Source: Perna viridis
Lineage: Eukaryota
Length of the DNA: 64,000 bases
Direction: 5' to 3'
Assembly: GCA_037379345.1 (NCBI GenBank)
Contig: CM074524.1
Span: 16,860,750-16,924,749, forward strand
In this document: one piece after another, positions 63,561 through 64,000 of the stretch
Numbering within the stretch: position 1 is the stretch's first letter
Layout: each line of letters begins with the position of its first letter
Notes under the pieces: generated by a model
Seen by the model: the letters and a program-made list of their open reading frames with translations, nothing else
Told to the model about the DNA's origin: nothing
Databases searched by the model: none
Program-made: the position numbers and the translations under genes

Positions 63561-64000
63561 TTTTGTAGAATTTATCCGTCTTTCACGAAGTTAATCCAAC
63601 GATTGACGATTTGAAAATAACGCCGACATGCTCTGTTCGTTTATAAACGATCAACGCGGACCTCGACGAAGACACCCATAAAAATAAATTGTAAAATCCA
63701 TTACTCGATCTCGGTAAAATGATTATGTGCTTCTTCTCCGATTTTTGTGGTAAATTCTAATACAATTTCTACTAGAACACCCTTGAATTATATATGAAAA
63801 TGTTCAGCAGACATTATTCTGCCTCTCTGCGTAGAAATTGTAATTTTTGATACACACAGTAAAAAGTTATAAATAGTTTTCGTAGAGCGAAGCGATTTGT
63901 CAATGCAGGTAACCCGACAGAAAAATATTCATAATTGCTAATTGCGCGTATATTTCAGAAAACAAAATCTGCAGAAAAGTAGAATAATCATTTTTCTTTT

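Larger units (their letters stand above)
43446..64000. repeat. Tandem array of a ~3.67-kb H1-only unit, continuing past the window end
   Basis: H1 ATGs at 43652, 47360, 51030, 54703, 58374, 62046 and, after the gap, 63560. Spacings 3708, 3670, 3673, 3671 and 3672. Spacers are almost identical. Confidence 0.97.

Noticed and set aside
43446-64000. 5S rRNA, snRNA or core histone genes linked to the H1 repeat
   Set aside because: No such sequence recognised by eye on either strand; an Rfam scan would be the definitive test.
1-64000. CRISPR array or prokaryotic/viral defence system
   Set aside because: The DNA is intron-rich and eukaryotic, and no repeat-spacer array with unique spacers was seen.

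Overview
AT-rich animal genomic DNA, most likely a bivalve mollusc such as an oyster (inferred from the repeat families and the H1 protein). The left 38.6 kb holds one large minus-strand spliced gene that I assembled by hand from splice sites and reading phase. It encodes a type-I membrane protein: a putative signal peptide, LDLR class-B (YWTD) repeats, a UMOD/GP2-type D8C domain, VWDE-like linker and VWD domains, an EGF-like module, two RRKR furin sites, a Thr/Glu-rich mucin stalk with a 65-aa higher-order repeat, a transmembrane helix and a short PPxY-bearing tail. Its introns and flanks carry decayed mobile elements: two DIRS-like remnants, several Penelope-like RT fragments, a LINE, a mariner, SINEs and a HINE-like fragment. 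A rearranged Gypsy element with inverted ends and a 4-bp target duplication lies at 39.1-42.1 kb. From about 43.0 kb to the end is a near-perfect tandem array of a ~3.67-kb unit, each with one linker histone H1 gene and no core histone genes. Four copies are intact, one is frameshifted, one is truncated, an orphan promoter sits at the array edge, and one copy is cut by a 200-N gap. No CRISPR array, rRNA or intact tRNA gene was seen.
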